Shown piece by piece: positions 60,277 to 64,000 of a stretch of DNA of 64,000 nucleotides. Under the pieces are notes generated by a model, which saw only the letters and a list, made by a program, of their open reading frames with translations, was not told the DNA's origin and ran no database searches. The position numbers were made by a program, and so were the translations under genes. Position 1 is the stretch's first letter. The number at the start of each line of letters is the position of its first letter. The stretch comes from Candidatus Marinacidobacterales bacterium (GTDB lineage: Bacteria; Acidobacteriota; Vicinamibacteria; Marinacidobacterales; DATDRI01): positions 448,001-512,000 of the forward strand of contig CBDCNP010000002.1 in NCBI GenBank assembly GCA_965219415.1. The letters run 5' to 3'.

Positions 60277-61136
60277 TCAACGACTTCGAGTTCACGCAGC
60301 CGCGCGATGTTCCAGAAGCCCTCAAGGCCTTGACCGAAAAAGGTCGGATCGTACCGGTAGCCGGCGGTACCAACGTGTTGGTCAACATGAAACGCGCCCC
60401 CTTGGAGGCCGATCTCGTCGTTGATTTGACCCGACTCGAAGCCCTGCAACCGATCTCGATCGACAACGGAACCACCCGTCTGGGAGCCGGTGTCTCGTTC
60501 ACTCGCCTGCTCGAATGGGCCCCGGGTGGTGCGGTCGAAGGGCTAATGCGGCCGATGTGCGTCGCCTTCGCTGGCCCGCTCATCCGCAACCTCGCCACAG
60601 TGGGCGGGAACATCTGCGACGCTTCTCCGGCCGCCGACGTGTCCCCTCCCCTTCTCGCCCTCGATGCCAGCGTCCAGATGGAAAGCGTTTTGGGCGGATT
60701 ACGCACGATTTCGCTCCCGGAATTCTTTCAGGGGGTCCGTAAGACGGGACGACGTGCCGATGAGTTGGTCACGAGCATCGAGTTCGCGAAACCCGAAGAC
60801 GATGAGCGCTGGTTCTACTACAAGCTCGGCAAGCGCAAGGCCGATGCGATCTCGATCGTCAGCATCGCCATGACGGTGAAGCTCGCACGAGGTAAAGTAG
60901 AGAGGGTACGGATCGCCTTGGGTGCGGTGGCGCCGGTAGCGATGCGCGCTCCCGACGCGGAAGGGACTCTTCGAGGAGAGGCCTTGAACGATTCCACCAT
61001 CGCCGCCGCGGCGGCGGCAGCTGCTAAGGAATCCCGGCCCATCGACGATTTCCGGGCCACCGGCAACTACCGGCGACAGATGGTAGAAGTCTTGGTAAGA
61101 AGAGGCCTCCACGAAATCGCGGGACAGGGCAAATGA
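60273..61136 (+). CDS. Xanthine dehydrogenase family FAD-binding subunit (CoxM/CutM-like)
   Basis: AGGTN, IRNLATVGGNI.DASPAAD and PIDDFRATGNYR motifs; ATGA overlap with the upstream gene. Confidence 0.93.
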   Translation: MINDFEFTQPRDVPEALKALTEKGRIVPVAGGTNVLVNMKRAPLEADLVVDLTRLEALQPISIDNGTTRLGAGVSFTRLLEWAPGGAVEGLMRPMCVAFAGPLIRNLATVGGNICDASPAADVSPPLLALDASVQMESVLGGLRTISLPEFFQGVRKTGRRADELVTSIEFAKPEDDERWFYYKLGKRKADAISIVSIAMTVKLARGKVERVRIALGAVAPVAMRAPDAEGTLRGEALNDSTIAAAAAAAAKESRPIDDFRATGNYRRQMVEVLVRRGLHEIAGQGK

Positions 61137-61161
61137 CCGTTTAGGTAGGTTCGACTTCACC

Positions 61162-63150
61162 GTGGTCACATCGAGGTTAGGTAAAACCGTCTTGGGATCG
61201 GCAGCCGCAGTGGGTGCCTGGCTACTATTCGTCTCTCCTTCGTTCGGACAAGGCGCCACCCCCCTCGCCGACCAATACATTCGGTTTCTCGAGGGGGAAG
61301 CCTCCTACGTCTTGACCGACCAAGAGGAAGAGGTCTTCGAAATACTCAAGACCGATGAGGAGCGCGATCGGTTCATCGCTTCCTTTTGGGAAGTTCGCGA
61401 TCCTACCCCGGGCACGACCCGCAACGAGTTCCGCGACGAGTACGAAGAGCGGACCAAGGAGGCCAACAAGCTCTTTCGCGGCTACGGACGGGAGGGGTGG
61501 AGAACGGAGCGGGGTCGTACCTACATTCTGCTGGGGGCGCCCCACGAGCGAAGGAGCTACGACCAGGCCCGAGATCTTTATCCGATGGAACTGTGGTTTT
61601 ATCAAACCTCGGATCCCGCTCTGCCAGACTTCTTCTACCTCTTGTTCTACCGAAAGGGCGGTGCGGGTCGCTATCGCCTCTGGAACATGATCAATGACGG
61701 CCCGCAAGCCTTGATCGCGTCGACCTGGGCCCCGGGCGCCGTCCGAGGTCAATTAGATCCCTACTTCCAGAAGGTCGACACCGATCTCTACCAGGCAGTA
61801 GTCGCACCGGTCCCAGGTGAGCCGCGCGCCTCCCAGGCCTTTGCGCAACAGGAGATTCTTGCCGTCATCGAGGACTATCCCAACCAAAGCATGAACCCCG
61901 AGTTCCAGGGCCGCTACGAGCCGGGCAGCGCCATCGTCGACGTCGACTACATGTTCCGTAAGATGGATTTGTCTCCCCTCGTCGCCATCTTGCCTTCCGA
62001 AAACGGCCCTTTCGTTCACTACGCCCTCGAGATGCCCGCCGAAGACGGCAGATTCAATCAATACGAATCGACGTACTACACCGTTTACGACGTCGAGGTC
62101 ATCGTCGAGACGCCAGTCGGCAAGCCCGTCTACCAACTCCGAGACAAACGAGAGATCGAAGTCGGGGAAAGCGCCTGGGAGGACGCGAGGATGCGCCCGA
62201 TAAGCCTCCAGGGACGCTTACCCATCGTGCCGGGCAAGTTCGTGCTCCGCTTCCTAGTACGCAGCCGCACCGGGCACATCTTCGATACCTACGAGACACC
62301 CATTCGCGTCCCGGAGAAGATCGATGTCTCTCACGTTGTTCCGGCGAGCTTCTTTCAACGGCGAGAACGGTTCGGGACCCAGCTCGCGTTCCATTTCCGC
62401 GACGCGATTCCCGTGCCTCATCCGACCGCGCTTTACCGTCCGGGCGGCGCTCTCCGCGCGTTCCTCGTGCTGACACCTTCCGAGTCGAAGGAACCGCTGC
62501 AAGTGAACGGTGAAATCGTGTACGGAGAAGAGCTCATCCACAAAGTAAACCAAGAATTCTCTGGAGGAACACCTGGTCGGCCGGCTCTCATGGCCTTCGA
62601 GATCGGCCTCCGAAGTTCTCTCGTCCCTGGCGACCATCGTCTGGAGCTCGAGCTGAGCTCGGGGCAAAAACGCACCCTGTCGTTTACGGTCGAGCCTGGA
62701 CCGAAGCTGGTCCCCCCTTTGGTGAACAGCCCAACCGAAGCGCCGAATACGAGTGGCCTCTGGAACGTGGAGCGGGCCAAACAACATATTGCTCTGGGAC
62801 AGAACCTCGCCGCACTCGAGTCTCTCGAGAACGCCGTGGAGCGGATGCCCGACTTGGAGTCGGCCCGTCTCCAACTAGCCGTCCTGGCGCTGGGTCTAGG
62901 TCAGCCCGAACGAGCACTGAAGGGCGTCGTTCCGGGACTGATGGCCGATCCCTTCCACTATGACATGCTCGTGCTCGCCGGCTATGCATCCGAGCAATTC
63001 GGTCAGCTCGACGGGGCGGTGAAATACTACGAGCGAGCTCGCGCTGCAGAGCAAGCGGATGAAGAGCTCCTCCAAGCTCTCGCCACTTTGTACGACAAGC
63101 TCGGCGAAGCGCAGAAGGCCGCCGCGGTAAGACGAGAGATCTCGGGCTAA
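61162..63150 (+). CDS. GWxTD-domain protein with C-terminal TPRs
   Basis: Y..T..E..F..L..DEER..FI..FW..RDPTPGT..NEF..E..R..AN..F...GWRTERGRTYI.LG.P pattern. Confidence 0.88.
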   Translation: MVTSRLGKTVLGSAAAVGAWLLFVSPSFGQGATPLADQYIRFLEGEASYVLTDQEEEVFEILKTDEERDRFIASFWEVRDPTPGTTRNEFRDEYEERTKEANKLFRGYGREGWRTERGRTYILLGAPHERRSYDQARDLYPMELWFYQTSDPALPDFFYLLFYRKGGAGRYRLWNMINDGPQALIASTWAPGAVRGQLDPYFQKVDTDLYQAVVAPVPGEPRASQAFAQQEILAVIEDYPNQSMNPEFQGRYEPGSAIVDVDYMFRKMDLSPLVAILPSENGPFVHYALEMPAEDGRFNQYESTYYTVYDVEVIVETPVGKPVYQLRDKREIEVGESAWEDARMRPISLQGRLPIVPGKFVLRFLVRSRTGHIFDTYETPIRVPEKIDVSHVVPASFFQRRERFGTQLAFHFRDAIPVPHPTALYRPGGALRAFLVLTPSESKEPLQVNGEIVYGEELIHKVNQEFSGGTPGRPALMAFEIGLRSSLVPGDHRLELELSSGQKRTLSFTVEPGPKLVPPLVNSPTEAPNTSGLWNVERAKQHIALGQNLAALESLENAVERMPDLESARLQLAVLALGLGQPERALKGVVPGLMADPFHYDMLVLAGYASEQFGQLDGAVKYYERARAAEQADEELLQALATLYDKLGEAQKAAAVRREISG

Positions 63151-63155
63151 CCGTA

Positions 63156-64000
63156 ATGAAATCCACGCATCGACCGATCCTGCCTCAAGTGGAGAACGAC
63201 TCCTTCTGGAGCCGACTCTGGCACTTCCTTCCTCCTGCCCTCGCATACTCCTTTAGGCACCTCACCATCGGCACCTGGATCCGCATGCGCCGCCGGTACC
63301 TGAAGTGGCGCGGGGAGAAGTACTACATATGAGGTCGGCGACGTGAAACTAAAGTCACCGCCTCCCGCAGAGTCCGTTTTCATGTATCGTGATGCGCCGC
63401 CCTCGGGGAACGAGATCAACGGCTTGGGGGAAACCTCACCACGCCGAGCGAGCTACGTCTTCCACTCAAATTTCAAAACCGGCCCGCTGCCGTGGGACGA
63501 GATGCAAACCCACTTTCGTTACACCTATCCGGGATGGATGTTGCCGCGTCTGCTCAAGAGCATGTGGCTGGCTTTTCGTCCCCAAGGCAAGGTCGCCAGC
63601 CAGCGTCGAGAAGTAAGCGATCCCGCCGCCATGGCCGCTGAGGTCAAGGCGAAGGCGAAAGAGTTGGGCGCGGGCATCGTCGGGATCTGCAAGATGCGCG
63701 ATGAGTTCCTCATCGAGGGAACCAGCTCTCCCTATCGTTACGCCATCGCCATGGGTCTCCCGATGGATCGCGACATCATGTCACAAGCACCGCGCCTCAA
63801 GTCGGGGCGCGAAGTCTTGCGGGTTTACCATCAGTGTTCCAAGCTCACGGTGGATCTGGCCCGCCACATCCGCTCGATGGGATGGCCGGCGGAGGGACTG
63901 CCCATCAATAGCAGCGGCGAATACCTCCACATCCCCATCGCGATCGCCGCGGGCCTCGGTGAGCTGGGTAAACACGGCTCGCTGATATCGAAAGAGTACG
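63156..64000 (+). CDS. Reductive dehalogenase-like/QueG-like cobalamin-4Fe-4S protein (partial; probable frameshift near 63325, or true start at GTG 63343)
   Basis: The main frame, open from 63304 to the window end, reads SGNEINGLGE...VKAKAKELGAGIVGIC...AIAMGLPMD...Y....VDLARHIRSMGWPA...IPIAIAAGLGELGKHGSLISKEY. The Fe-S motifs would lie beyond the window. Confidence 0.8.

Overview
GC-rich bacterial chromosomal window. A GWxTD-family protein, a sulfatase-TPR fusion and Oar-like TonB receptors suggest Acidobacteriota/Vicinamibacteria (inference). It is dominated by a paralog-rich catabolic/uptake region: 3 hydantoinase-B and 2 hydantoinase-A genes, 5 amidohydrolases, 4 related RNase Z-like MBL-fold hydrolases (2 Tat-exported), 2 NCS1 permeases, 2 TonB-dependent receptors, an LLM monooxygenase, 3 xanthine-dehydrogenase-family Mo subunits and a partial reductive-dehalogenase-like gene. 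It also carries a complete but degenerate IS3-family element with a 4-bp TSD and an XRE + DUF6036-like nucleotidyltransferase pair behind a 19-bp-period operator array. The most unusual observations are: (1) a scrambled locus at ~46.3-52.1 kb, where pieces of two wHTH-TM-beta-propeller regulator genes and an HNH endonuclease gene are permuted or inverted and can be re-joined base-perfectly; (2) two tandem FeS-Mo fusion hydroxylases with a CGSCRC active-site loop that places a Cys at the position of the Cu ligand of Mo-Cu CO dehydrogenase; (3) many deletion scars and small indels. No rRNA, tRNA or CRISPR array was seen.
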